Assembly (NCBI GenBank): GCA_039586795.1
Contig: JBDHJS010000012.1
Span: 16,709-80,708 of the forward strand
Source of the DNA: Gemmatimonadota bacterium
GTDB lineage: Bacteria; Gemmatimonadota; Gemmatimonadetes; Palauibacterales; KS3-K002
DNA length: 64,000 bases
Reading direction: 5' to 3'
Below are positions 51,245 to 60,181 of this stretch, in pieces (the first letter of the stretch is position 1; the number at the start of each line of letters is the position of its first letter). The position numbers were made by a program, and so were the translations under genes. The notes below the pieces were generated by a model. That model saw only the letters and a program-made list of their open reading frames with translations, did not search any database and was not told the origin of the DNA.

Positions 51245-52288
51245 ATGATCCCCCCTGCCACCCGCCGATTCGTCATTGACATGTACTCCTCCCGGTATCC
51301 CCTCTGGTCGATGCCAGAGGAGCACTGCGAGAGGATCCGAGCCGTGCTGCCCCCGGATTGGCAGTTGATCCGGGTGTTCGAGGAGGCGGATGGCTCAGGG
51401 GACGGAGCACCGCGGAACTCGGCGGCGTTGCTGGAGGCACTCGAGGGCGCGGAAGTCTACGTCGGGTTCGGCATTCCGCGCGAAGTGTTCCAGCTGAGCG
51501 ATCGCATTCGTTGGGTTCACTCGGGTGCTGCGGGTGTAGGGGGCTCGCTCTTTCCAGCGATGATGGAGAGCGACGTCGTATTCACGAACTCGGCAGGCAC
51601 GCATGGCGTTCCGATGGCCGAGCACGCGATCGCGATGATGTTCTACCTTGCCCGGGCGTTGGACTATGCAGAGACGGGGCGCCGGGAACGACGCTGGAAC
51701 CGGGATCCGATCGCGACGTCACCGAGCCCGGTTCGCGAGCTCACCGACTCGGTGGTCGGCATTCTCGGCTACGGCGGCATTGGCCGGGAAGTCGGACGCC
51801 GGGCGAAGGGGCTCGGCATGCGCGTGTGGGCCGTAAAGCGGAATCCCGCCGGGGATTATCCGGAGGTCGAACGGCTGCTGGGCCCGGCGGACCTTCGCGA
51901 GGTGCTTGCGGGTAGCGATTACGTGGTCGTGACGGTTCCTCATACCCGTGAGACGGAAGGCCTGATCGGGGAAGAGGAATTGGCCTGCATGAAGCCCGAC
52001 GCGGTGCTGGTCAACGTAGCACGGGGGAGCATCGTCGATGAGGCGGCGCTGATCGCGGCGCTCGAGTCACGTTCGATCAGGGGGGCGGGCCTCGATGTTT
52101 ACGCTGACGAACCGCTGTCCGCCTCGAGCCGGCTGTGGGACCTGGAGAATGTTTGTCTCACGCCGCATATCGGTGGCGTCAGCCCGCGGTTCTGGGAACG
52201 CGAGACGGAGCTCATCATCGAGAACACCAGGCGGTACCTGGCGGGAGAGTCACTCCTCAACGTGGTGAACAAGCAGGCGGGGTACTAG
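51245..52288 (+). CDS. D-2-hydroxyacid dehydrogenase
   Basis: GYGGIG, NVARG, LDVYADEPL, TPHIGG. Confidence 0.92.
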   Translation: MIPPATRRFVIDMYSSRYPLWSMPEEHCERIRAVLPPDWQLIRVFEEADGSGDGAPRNSAALLEALEGAEVYVGFGIPREVFQLSDRIRWVHSGAAGVGGSLFPAMMESDVVFTNSAGTHGVPMAEHAIAMMFYLARALDYAETGRRERRWNRDPIATSPSPVRELTDSVVGILGYGGIGREVGRRAKGLGMRVWAVKRNPAGDYPEVERLLGPADLREVLAGSDYVVVTVPHTRETEGLIGEEELACMKPDAVLVNVARGSIVDEAALIAALESRSIRGAGLDVYADEPLSASSRLWDLENVCLTPHIGGVSPRFWERETELIIENTRRYLAGESLLNVVNKQAGY

Positions 52289-52297
52289 GAGCGCGAC

Positions 52298-53386
52298 ATG
52301 GAGAAGATCCTCAGGACGGCGATCGAGCGAGGCGCCAGCGACCTGCATATCAAGGCGGGCGACGTGTTCCGGGCGCGGATCCACGGCGAGCTGGTCCCGA
52401 TGACCAAACAGCTGCTGACGCCGGATCAAACGCGCGAAGTGGCGATGCGGTTGATCCCGAACGAGCGCGACCGGAACAACATCGATCGTATCACCGACTA
52501 TGACTGCGCCTGGGGCGTGCCGGGGCTCGGGCGGTTCCGAGTCAACATCCTGAAGCAGCGCGGCAGCTTCATGATCGTGCTCCGTATCATCCCGGTGGAG
52601 ATACCGAAGTTCGACGAGCTCGGTCTGCCGGAGGTGCTCGGCGAGATCGCCGCATTGCCCCGCGGCCTGGCGCTGGTGACCGGAGTGACTGGCGCCGGTA
52701 AGACGACTTCACAGGCGGCGATGATCAACCACATCAACCAGAACTTCCGCAAGCACGTCATCACGCTGGAGAATCCGATCGAGTACCTGCACCGCGATAT
52801 CAACTGCTCGATCACCCAGCGCGAGATCGGCACCGACACCAGCTCGTTCCAAACCGGACTGCGAGCCGCGCTGCGTGAAGACCCGGATGTGATATTGATC
52901 GGTGAGATGCGCGATACCGAAACGATCGACACGGCGATCAAGGCGACCGAGACCGGGCACCTGGTGATCTCGACCCTTCATACCCCCGATGCGGCCACCA
53001 CGATCAGCAGGACGATCTCGGTGTTCCCACCGGAAGAGCAGGAGATGCTGCGCGTCCGACTCGCCGAATCGCTGGTCGCGGTCATCTCGCAGCGACTGTT
53101 GCCGAAGGCGGATGATACGGGGCGGGTCCTGGCCTGCGAGATCATGCGGGTGACAGGCGCCGTTCGCGACTGTATTCTCGACCCGGAGAAGTTGAGCGAG
53201 ATCCGCGAGCTGATGGAGGAAGGCAAGCAGTACGGGATGCAGACCTTCGATCAGCACCTGATGGATCTCGTGAAGTTGAACCTGGTGGACTACGATACGG
53301 CGAAGTATGCGGCAACGAATCCTGCGGACTTCGAGCTCCGCATGAAGACGCTGGCTGATGACCAACTGGTCCAGGAGCTGATTTGA
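52298..53386 (+). CDS. pilT: PilT/PilU-family ATPase
   Basis: ASDLH, GVTGAGKTT, ENPIEY, REDPDVILIGEMRD, TGHLVISTLHT, GMQTFD. Confidence 0.85.
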   Translation: MEKILRTAIERGASDLHIKAGDVFRARIHGELVPMTKQLLTPDQTREVAMRLIPNERDRNNIDRITDYDCAWGVPGLGRFRVNILKQRGSFMIVLRIIPVEIPKFDELGLPEVLGEIAALPRGLALVTGVTGAGKTTSQAAMINHINQNFRKHVITLENPIEYLHRDINCSITQREIGTDTSSFQTGLRAALREDPDVILIGEMRDTETIDTAIKATETGHLVISTLHTPDAATTISRTISVFPPEEQEMLRVRLAESLVAVISQRLLPKADDTGRVLACEIMRVTGAVRDCILDPEKLSEIRELMEEGKQYGMQTFDQHLMDLVKLNLVDYDTAKYAATNPADFELRMKTLADDQLVQELI

Positions 53387-54294
53387 GACTGGAAGGCGTC
53401 CTACTTCCGGTCACCACGCCGTTTGATCCGAAGACCGGCGACATCGCTCCCGTTTCCTTCAGGGAGAACCTCCGCGCCTGGCTGGATACAGGCATCCATG
53501 GCTTTGTCATCGCCGGGTCCACCGGGGAAGCGCCGCTGCTCGATGAGTCCGAGGTCGTCCAGCTCGTCGAGCTCGCCCACGACGTCGTTCCACCCGAACT
53601 GACACTTGTCGCCGGTACCGGCGCCGAATCGACACGGGCCGTGGTTCGCATGGGCCGCGCCGTGGCCGCTGCCGGCGCGGATGCGGTACTTGTCCGACCG
53701 CCCGCCTACTACCGCGGGCGAATGGACGCGGAAACGGTTCGCCGGCACTACGAAACGGTGGCGGACTCGGTCCCGGTTCCGGTCATCCTCTACAACGTGC
53801 CACAGTTCGTACCCGTAGATATCACGCCGGGATTGTTAGCCGAGCTCGGTGCCCACGCCAACGTTGCCGGCATTAAGGACTCCACGGGCGACCTCAAGAA
53901 CCTGGGCGCGCTTCTGGATGCGGCGCCGGACGAGTGTGCCGTGCTGGTCGGCGCCGGATCGAAGCTCTACGCCGCGTTGGAGATGGGAGCTGCCGGCGGC
54001 ATCATCGCGGTTGGCTGCATCGCGCCTCGGGAGGCCGCCGATGTGTACACCAAGTTCCGCGAAGGCGAGATGGGGCCCGCTGGCGCCGTTCAGGGACGGA
54101 TTTCCGCACCGCATACCAAGATCGTCCGGGATATCGGGGTGGCCGGCGTGAAGTACGCCCTCGACCTCTTGGGCTACGTCGGCGGTTTGCCAAGAGCGCC
54201 TTTGCGACCGTTGGACGACAAGGCCCAGCGCGCGGTGCAGAAGGAGCTCAAGAAGGCCGGCCTCCTGTCAGAAGAGGCGAGTGCTTCGCCGTGA
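53383..54294 (+). CDS. Dihydrodipicolinate synthase family aldolase
   Basis: GSTGE, LYNVP, GIKDS. Confidence 0.9.
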   Translation: MRLEGVLLPVTTPFDPKTGDIAPVSFRENLRAWLDTGIHGFVIAGSTGEAPLLDESEVVQLVELAHDVVPPELTLVAGTGAESTRAVVRMGRAVAAAGADAVLVRPPAYYRGRMDAETVRRHYETVADSVPVPVILYNVPQFVPVDITPGLLAELGAHANVAGIKDSTGDLKNLGALLDAAPDECAVLVGAGSKLYAALEMGAAGGIIAVGCIAPREAADVYTKFREGEMGPAGAVQGRISAPHTKIVRDIGVAGVKYALDLLGYVGGLPRAPLRPLDDKAQRAVQKELKKAGLLSEEASASP

Positions 54295-54298
54295 CGGT

Positions 54299-54799
54299 AT
54301 GGACATTCTGATCTTTGTTCTCCTCATCGTCATATTCCTGGTCGGGTTGATCGTCATCCCGCTGGGACTCCCCGGTCTCTGGCTGATGGTCGTCGCCTTG
54401 ATCGGTTACGCGTTCATCGATGGTTTCACTCACATCGGCTGGGGAACGATCGCGCTTGTCGTAGTCTTGGCGGGAATCGCCGAAGCGCTGGAGGCGTGGC
54501 TCGGTTTCAAATTCGCGCGCCGCTTTGGCGGGTCGAAGCGCGCCGGCTGGGGCGCGTTGGTGGGCGGTCTCGTCGGCGCGATCGTAGGTACGCCGGTCCC
54601 GTTGATCGGAAGCGTGATCGGTGCGTTTCTCGGGGCGTTCATTGGTGCCGTGGTCTTCGAGTACATCGGTGGGTCGGAGCAGCGGAAAGCGCTGGGCGCG
54701 GGCTTTGGGGCGGTGCTCGGAAAAGCGGCGGGCGCGGCGACGAAGATCGCCGTGGGAATCATCATTGCGGTGATCGGGGTGTATTCGGCGCTTTGGTAA
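54299..54799 (+). CDS. DUF456 family membrane protein
   Basis: LPGLW...FGGSKRAGWGALVGGLVG...GAFIGA..E. Confidence 0.85.
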   Translation: MDILIFVLLIVIFLVGLIVIPLGLPGLWLMVVALIGYAFIDGFTHIGWGTIALVVVLAGIAEALEAWLGFKFARRFGGSKRAGWGALVGGLVGAIVGTPVPLIGSVIGAFLGAFIGAVVFEYIGGSEQRKALGAGFGAVLGKAAGAATKIAVGIIIAVIGVYSALW

Positions 54800-54811
54800 G
54801 GTTCGGGATTA

Positions 54812-54965
54812 GGGGAGCCGAGGGTGGTCGCTCGCTCCGGCCTCCCCGGCCAAACGGGTCCGACGCTATGTCGGGCCGTTTCTTTTGGTCACCCACCGTA
54901 CTGGCTGAGCGATACGAGCCGGGTCGCTAAAACCAGCTCCGCTCGTCGACCACCCTCGGCTCCCC
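54812..54965 (+). repeat. ~150-bp repeat element, copy A (19-bp terminal inverted repeats)
   Basis: ggggagccgagggtggtcg...cgaccaccctcggctcccc; core shared with copies B-D. Confidence 0.85.
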
Positions 54966-55089
54966 CTCGCCCCATCCGTGGGCGTATCAGGTTACCGCGA
55001 AACCAGGTGTTTCCTCTGGGCGATCTCCATCGCTGGGTGGAGTACCTTGGTGGCCGGGGCTCTGTTGGCGCGACAACGGGAGCGCGGCA

Positions 55090-55242
55090 GGTCGGGGCCG
55101 GGGGACCGACGAGCGGAGCTGCCTTTGCGACCCGGCTCGAATGCCCACGCTACAAGGCAGGTTACCGCAGACGACGGTCCCGACGCAGCGTCGGACCCGG
55201 ATAGTCGGGGAGGCCGAAGCGAGCGGTCCCCCGGCCCCGACC
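55090..55242 (-). repeat. ~150-bp repeat element, copy B (inverted; different 19-bp TIR)
   Basis: ggtcggggccgggggaccg...cggtcccccggccccgacc. Confidence 0.85.
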
Positions 55243-55271
55243 AATAAACGACGAGCCCGCCAACGACTGCC

Positions 55272-55300
55272 TTGACACCCCCAAACCACCGATCTAGCTT
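55272..55300 (+). promoter_or_regulatory. purA promoter TTGACA-17-TAGCTT
   Basis: Canonical -35 and spacing, 60 nt before the ATG. Confidence 0.65.
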
Positions 55301-55360
55301 GCTCCAAAGGAACCACGAAAACGGGCCCCCACTTGGGGGCATTTTTTATGAGGGCCATCG

Positions 55361-56656
55361 ATGTTCAGCGACGATGTCCGTTGTTTGATTGTGGTCGGGT
55401 CCCAATGGGGCGATGAAGGCAAAGGGAAACTCGTCGATGTCCTGGCCAAGGACGCCGATTGGATCGCTCGTTTCCAGGGCGGCGCCAACGCCGGGCACAC
55501 GGTCAGGGTCGGTGAAGACGAGTTCATCCTGCACCAGATACCCTCCGGAATACTGTACGAGGGCAAGCGGTGCGTTCTCGGCAACGGGATGGTGCTGGAC
55601 CCCATCACGTTCTTCGAGGAGCTCGATGGGCTGATCGCCCGGGGCTACGACGTCGAGGGTCGGATCCACGTTAGCTCCAGGACCCAGCTGGTACTCGCCA
55701 CGCACAAGCTCCTCGACCAGGCCGAGGAAGAGAGCCGCGGCGCCTCGAAGATCGGGACCACGGGCCGCGGGATCGGCGCGGCATACGCCGACAAGGTCGC
55801 CCGGGTGGGTGTTCGCGTCGGGGATCTGGCGGCGCCGGAGCGGCTCGCGGAACTGGTGTCCGCGTCGGTGGACCGCGCCCGAAAGAAACTCCAGATTCTC
55901 GGCTCGAGCCGCGAGGTCGATGAGTCGGCGTTGATGGACGAGCTGTTGAGTCGGGCCGAACGGCTGACCGCTATGTCCGCCGACGTGGGAGCGCTCCTCA
56001 AGCAGGCACTGGATCGCGGTGAGAAGGCGCTGCTCGAGGGCGCCCAGGGTACGATGCTCGACGTCGATCACGGAACGTACCCGTTCGTCACCTCCTCCAA
56101 TACAACGGCGGGTGCCGCGACGACCGGGCTGGGCCTCGGTCCCACAACAATCGACGCCGTGCTCGGGGTGGTGAAGGCCTATACGACACGGGTCGGCGCC
56201 GGACCGTTCCCCACGGAGCTTCCCGAGGGCGAGGCTGCCCACCTTCGCGAGTTGGGGGCCGAGTATGGTGCGACCACCGGCCGGCCGCGGCGCACGGGGT
56301 GGTTCGACGCCGCCGTGGTCCGCTACGCCGGTCGCCTGAACGGGCTCACCGCCCTGGCGATCAGCAAGCTCGACGTCCTGGATACGCTTCCGGAGCTGAA
56401 GCTGGGCATCGGCTACCGCCTGGGCGACAAGCTGGTGGAGGAGTTCCCGGCGGACCTTACGGCGGCGTGTGAGATGGAGCCCGTCTATGAGACGATGCCG
56501 GGCTGGCAGGAGTCCACCGCCGACGCGACGACGTTGGAGGATCTTCCGGAAGCGGCCCGGGCGTATCTGGACCGGATCGCGGAGCTGACGGCGCTGCCGA
56601 TTCGCTACGTGTCCGTGGGCACGCGGCGGAAGCAAATCATCGACGCCGCGTCCTGA
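55361..56656 (+). CDS. purA: Adenylosuccinate synthetase
   Basis: GSQWGDEGKGK, QGGANAGHT, EGAQG, GTYPFVTSS, TTGRPRR. Confidence 0.98.
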   Translation: MFSDDVRCLIVVGSQWGDEGKGKLVDVLAKDADWIARFQGGANAGHTVRVGEDEFILHQIPSGILYEGKRCVLGNGMVLDPITFFEELDGLIARGYDVEGRIHVSSRTQLVLATHKLLDQAEEESRGASKIGTTGRGIGAAYADKVARVGVRVGDLAAPERLAELVSASVDRARKKLQILGSSREVDESALMDELLSRAERLTAMSADVGALLKQALDRGEKALLEGAQGTMLDVDHGTYPFVTSSNTTAGAATTGLGLGPTTIDAVLGVVKAYTTRVGAGPFPTELPEGEAAHLRELGAEYGATTGRPRRTGWFDAAVVRYAGRLNGLTALAISKLDVLDTLPELKLGIGYRLGDKLVEEFPADLTAACEMEPVYETMPGWQESTADATTLEDLPEAARAYLDRIAELTALPIRYVSVGTRRKQIIDAAS

Positions 56657-56671
56657 AGGGCGGGTGGTTGG

Positions 56672-56728
56672 GCGATACGAGCCGGGTCGCTAAAACCAGC
56701 TCCGCTCGTCGGTCCTCCGGCCCCTACC
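56672..56728 (+). repeat. Partial repeat element, copy C (3' half)
   Basis: gcgatacgagccgggtcgctaaaaccagctccgctcgtcg identical to copy A. Confidence 0.8.
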
Positions 56729-56743
56729 GGAACCTCTCGGAGC

Positions 56744-56806
56744 CCTAATCTTGTAAGCCCCGAAGCCCCAATCTCGTAATCACCGAATCCCAACAACCCG
56801 AATCCC
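56744..56806. repeat. Degenerate CCCGAATC-type octamer array
   Basis: cctaatc ttgtaagc cccgaagc cccaatc tcgtaatc accgaatc ... cccgaatc. Confidence 0.7.
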
Positions 56807-56812
56807 AAGCCC

Positions 56813-56841
56813 TTGATAGAGTACCTGCGTTGGGGTAACTT
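56813..56841 (+). promoter_or_regulatory. rpsP operon promoter TTGATA-17-TAACTT
   Basis: Canonical spacing upstream of rpsP. Confidence 0.55.
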
Positions 56842-56874
56842 TTGCGGCCTTTTAGACAATGGAACAGAGGATTC

Positions 56875-57420
56875 ATGGCGACACGGATTAGACTACGTAG
56901 GGTTGGCCGGAAGAAGCAGGCATCCTTCCGGATCGTTGTGGCGGGCAGCATGCACTCCCGGGGCGGTCGCGTGACCGAGACCATCGGGAAGTACAACCCG
57001 CGCACCGAGCCGACCTTCATCGAGATCGACGAGAAGCGGGCGATCTATTGGATCGGCAAGGGCGCCCGGCTGAGCGGAAAAGTAGAGTCGCTCTTCAGGC
57101 AGACCGGCATCATGCGGAAGGTCGCCGAAGGCGCGGAAGGCGAAGGCGTCGTGACCATCGGAAGCGTGGATGGCAAGACGGTCCGGCCGCCGAAGCCGTC
57201 GGAGAAGAAGGCGAAGCAGAAGGCGGAGCCTGAGGCTGCGGCCGAGGTTGCTGCCGCGACCGAAGAGGCGCCAGTCGCTGAGGTCGCCGCGGAGGAGGCC
57301 CCGGTTGCCGAGGCCGCTCCCGAGGAGGCCGCTCCGGAGGAGGCGGCACCAGAGGAGGCCGCGCCCGCTGAGGCTGAGGCCGAGGCCGAGGCTCCAGAAG
57401 AGAAACAGGACGCAGAATAA
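56875..57420 (+). CDS. rpsP: 30S ribosomal protein S16 with Ala/Glu/Pro-rich tail
   Basis: MATRIRLRRVGRKKQASFRIVV...IGKYNP. Confidence 0.95.
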   Translation: MATRIRLRRVGRKKQASFRIVVAGSMHSRGGRVTETIGKYNPRTEPTFIEIDEKRAIYWIGKGARLSGKVESLFRQTGIMRKVAEGAEGEGVVTIGSVDGKTVRPPKPSEKKAKQKAEPEAAAEVAAATEEAPVAEVAAEEAPVAEAAPEEAAPEEAAPEEAAPAEAEAEAEAPEEKQDAE

Positions 57421-57971
57421 AAGCTCGAGAATCTGACAGACCCCGTGATCAGCTTCTGATCGTCGGCGAGATCAGAAAGGCCCACGGGATCAAAGGCGAG
57501 TGCTTCGTGATGCCCGCGACGGATGACGTCGTGGGCATCTACGTAGAGGGACGTGAGTTCCGGCTGGGAGACGAAGAGGGCCAGCCCGCCAGCCCGGAGG
57601 CCACCTTCACTCTTACCGGCGTCCGGCCCTACAAACGCGGGGTGCTCGCGCGATTCGAGGAGGTCGCCGACCGCAATGGCGCCGAGGCCGTTCGCGGCCG
57701 CACTTTGCTTCTGGCCGCCGACGCCGTGCGTCCGCTGGACGAAGACGAGTTCTTTCTTCACGACCTGAGCGGCCTCGAGGTCGAGACCCGCAGCGGCGAT
57801 CGGATCGGAGTGGTGATCGAGGTCTACGAAGGCGGCCCGGCCTATCTGCTGGCCGTCGATGACGGCGAACGGGAGTTGCTGATCCCGTTCAGCGGCCAGA
57901 TGGTCGAGCGGGTGGATACTCAACGCGGTGTGATCGTCATCGATCCGCCACCCGGCCTCCTGGATCTCTGA
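57417..57971 (+). CDS. rimM: Ribosome maturation factor RimM (start probably non-canonical; 5' coordinate tentative)
   Basis: In-frame LIVGEIRKAHGIKGE lies upstream of the first GTG (57507); DRNGAEAVRG, LLIPF, PPPGLLDL. Confidence 0.85.
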   Translation: MKARESDRPRDQLLIVGEIRKAHGIKGECFVMPATDDVVGIYVEGREFRLGDEEGQPASPEATFTLTGVRPYKRGVLARFEEVADRNGAEAVRGRTLLLAADAVRPLDEDEFFLHDLSGLEVETRSGDRIGVVIEVYEGGPAYLLAVDDGERELLIPFSGQMVERVDTQRGVIVIDPPPGLLDL

Positions 57972-57990
57972 GCGTTTGGCAGCGAGTCGC

Positions 57991-58659
57991 ATGAAGATCA
58001 ACATCGTCACCATCTTCCCGGGCTTCTTCAACGAGGCGCTGACCCTCGGCATCCCCGGACGAGCCGGCCGGGCCGGCCTGGCCAGCTACCGCACCGTCGA
58101 TCTGCGCGACTACACCCACGATCGCCACCGCACGGTAGACGACGAGCCCTACGGCGGCGGCGCCGGCATGGTGATGAAGCCCGAGCCGTTCTTCGAGGCG
58201 GTGGACGACCTGAAGCCCCAGGGCCCCATCGTTCTTCTCGACGCCCGGGGCAAGGTCTTCCGGCACGAAGACGCCGTTCGCCTGTCGTTGAAGCCCGAGG
58301 TCACCTTCCTCTGCGGCCACTACAAGGATGTCGACTGGCGTGTGGCGGAAGGGCTGGCCACCGACGTCTTCTCGCTGGGCAACTTCATACTCTCCGGCGG
58401 TGAGCCCGCCGCCCTCTGCCTCGTGGACGCCGTAGTCCGACTGCTCCCCGGCGCCCTGGGCGATCACGAGTCCGCGGCCAACGACTCCTTTTATGAGGAA
58501 CCCCTCTTAGCGCCACCGGGCTACACCCGCCCCGCCGAATACCGGGGCATGGAGGTGCCCGAGGTCCTGAGGTCCGGTGACCATGCGGCTGTCGAAGCCT
58601 GGCGCCGCCAGGAAGCCGAGCGCCTTACTAGGGAAATGCGACCGGACCTCAGGGATTAG
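57991..58659 (+). CDS. trmD: tRNA (guanine-N1)-methyltransferase
   Basis: TIFP, VDDEPYGGGAGMVMK, SLGNFILSGGE, YTRP. Confidence 0.97.
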   Translation: MKINIVTIFPGFFNEALTLGIPGRAGRAGLASYRTVDLRDYTHDRHRTVDDEPYGGGAGMVMKPEPFFEAVDDLKPQGPIVLLDARGKVFRHEDAVRLSLKPEVTFLCGHYKDVDWRVAEGLATDVFSLGNFILSGGEPAALCLVDAVVRLLPGALGDHESAANDSFYEEPLLAPPGYTRPAEYRGMEVPEVLRSGDHAAVEAWRRQEAERLTREMRPDLRD

Positions 58660-58760
58660 GGGATTACGAGATTCGGGGATTCGGGGGTTCTGGGATTGGG
58701 ACGGTCGACGTCCAATCGCCGAATCTCGTAACCGCCGAATCCCAGAACCCCAGAATCCCT
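58653..58760. repeat. Octamer array and inverted complement (long imperfect hairpin)
   Basis: gattaggg gattacga gattcggg gattcggg ggttctgg gattggg ... ccaatc gccgaatc tcgtaacc gccgaatc ccagaacc ccagaatc. Confidence 0.8.
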
Positions 58761-58844
58761 CCCCCGGGTTTGACCTAAAGCGGGACCCGATTACATTAGG
58801 GGGCTTCCTAATTACACTACCGTAGTCGTGGGGGGATGTTGGAA

Positions 58845-59192
58845 ATGGACGTACTACAGCAGATCGAGAAAGAGCAGCTGCGGAGCGACATCCCGGACGT
58901 CGCCCCCGGCGATACGGTGCGTGTCATGGTCCGCGTCCAGGAGGGCGAGAAGGTCCGTCAGCAGCCGTTCGAGGGTGTGGTGATCGCCCGTCGTGGTGGC
59001 GGCATGCGGGAGTCGTTCACCGTGCGTAAGGTGTCGGGCGGCGTCGGCGTCGAGCGGATCTTCCCCTTCAACTCGCCGGCGATCGCGGAGGTCAAGATCC
59101 TGCGGCGGGGCAAGGTAAGGCGCGCTAAGCTCTACTATCTGCGCAAGCTCCGGGGCAAGAAAGCTCGCATCAAGGAGAAGCGCGAGAAGTAA
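58845..59192 (+). CDS. rplS: 50S ribosomal protein L19
   Basis: [31 protein letters not shown]. Confidence 0.97.
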   Translation: MDVLQQIEKEQLRSDIPDVAPGDTVRVMVRVQEGEKVRQQPFEGVVIARRGGGMRESFTVRKVSGGVGVERIFPFNSPAIAEVKILRRGKVRRAKLYYLRKLRGKKARIKEKREK

Positions 59193-59202
59193 GGCCCGGC
59201 CC

Positions 59203-59823
59203 ATGGGTCGCCGGGCCATCGCCCTGACCACCGAGCGCCGCTACTGGCGCGCCGGATTTCCTCACATAGCAGGTGTCGATGAAGTAGGCTGCGGCTGTTT
59301 GGCCGGCCCGGTCGTCGCGGCCGCCGTGGTGCTGCCAGTGGAAGGGCGCATCAAGGGCGCCGTCGACTCGAAGCTGCTGAGCGCCCCCCAGCGGAAAGAG
59401 ATCTCCGAAGCGATACTCGATCGAGCCCTCGCCGTGGGCGTGGGCGCCGCATCGACCCGAGAGATCGAGCGCCTGAACATCCGCCGCGCCTCCGCCCTCG
59501 CCATGGAGCGGGCGCTGAAGCAGCTGCCCCTCACCCCCGACACCGTGCTCATCGATGGACGCCCCCAGCCCTCGCTGGGCGATCACCTGGCCATCGTGAA
59601 GGGGGATCGGAAGTGCCACTCCATCGCCTGCGCCGCCATCGTCGCCAAAGTCGTCCGTGACCGCCTGATGGCGCGCCTGGCGAGCCGCTACCCGGGCTAC
59701 GGCTGGGAGCACAACGTCGGGTACTCCACCGAAGACCACCGCACCGGCATCGAACAGCACGGGGTTACTCCTCACCATCGACGCACGTTTTTGGGGGTGC
59801 AGTACTCGTTGCAGCTTGATTGA
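59203..59823 (+). CDS. rnhB: Ribonuclease HII
   Basis: AGVDEVGCGCLAGPVV, DSKLL, VKGD, AKVVRD, HRRTF. Confidence 0.95.
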   Translation: MGRRAIALTTERRYWRAGFPHIAGVDEVGCGCLAGPVVAAAVVLPVEGRIKGAVDSKLLSAPQRKEISEAILDRALAVGVGAASTREIERLNIRRASALAMERALKQLPLTPDTVLIDGRPQPSLGDHLAIVKGDRKCHSIACAAIVAKVVRDRLMARLASRYPGYGWEHNVGYSTEDHRTGIEQHGVTPHHRRTFLGVQYSLQLD

Positions 59824-59962
59824 GGGTCTCGACAGTCGTGCGTGACGGCTGACCGACGAAGCGATTGGGAATTATCGAAGCTGATTCAACGATTCCCTCA
59901 TTCTGGGTTTTGGAACCGCGAACGGCTCTGGACTGGGAGGCGGTTAAGTGATGGTTCTGGGA

Positions 59963-60143
59963 GGAGCCGGGGGACCGACGAGCGGAGCTGGTTTTAGCGA
60001 CCCGGCTCGTGTCGCTCAGCAAGTGCGGGCGGTGACCAAAAGGAACGTTCCTTCATAACATCGGACCCGGAAGGCCGGGGAGGCCGGAGCGAGCGGTCCC
60101 CCGGCTCCGACCTTCCGGAGCGAGCGGTCCCCCGGCTCCGACC
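59963..60143 (-). repeat. ~150-bp repeat element, copy D (15-bp TIR) with 29-bp end duplication
   Basis: ggagccgggggaccg...cggtcccccggctcc; 60084-60112 repeated at 60115-60143. Confidence 0.85.
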
Positions 60144-60181
60144 GCGTTCCCCGATGCCGCACGCGATCCCCGTCAAAGACC

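Noticed and set aside
54836..54870. HDV-like ribozyme suggested by GGCCTCCCCGGCC
   Set aside because: The putative P3 pairing is broken in copy B and I could not build the P1/P2 nested pseudoknot
57230..57400. EEAAP-coding repeats in rpsP as a DNA repeat element
   Set aside because: In-frame low-complexity acidic tail of a kind common in S16 proteins
54812..60143. Repeats as a CRISPR array
   Set aside because: Copies are dispersed, in both orientations and about 150 bp long, with no regular repeat-spacer period and no cas genes
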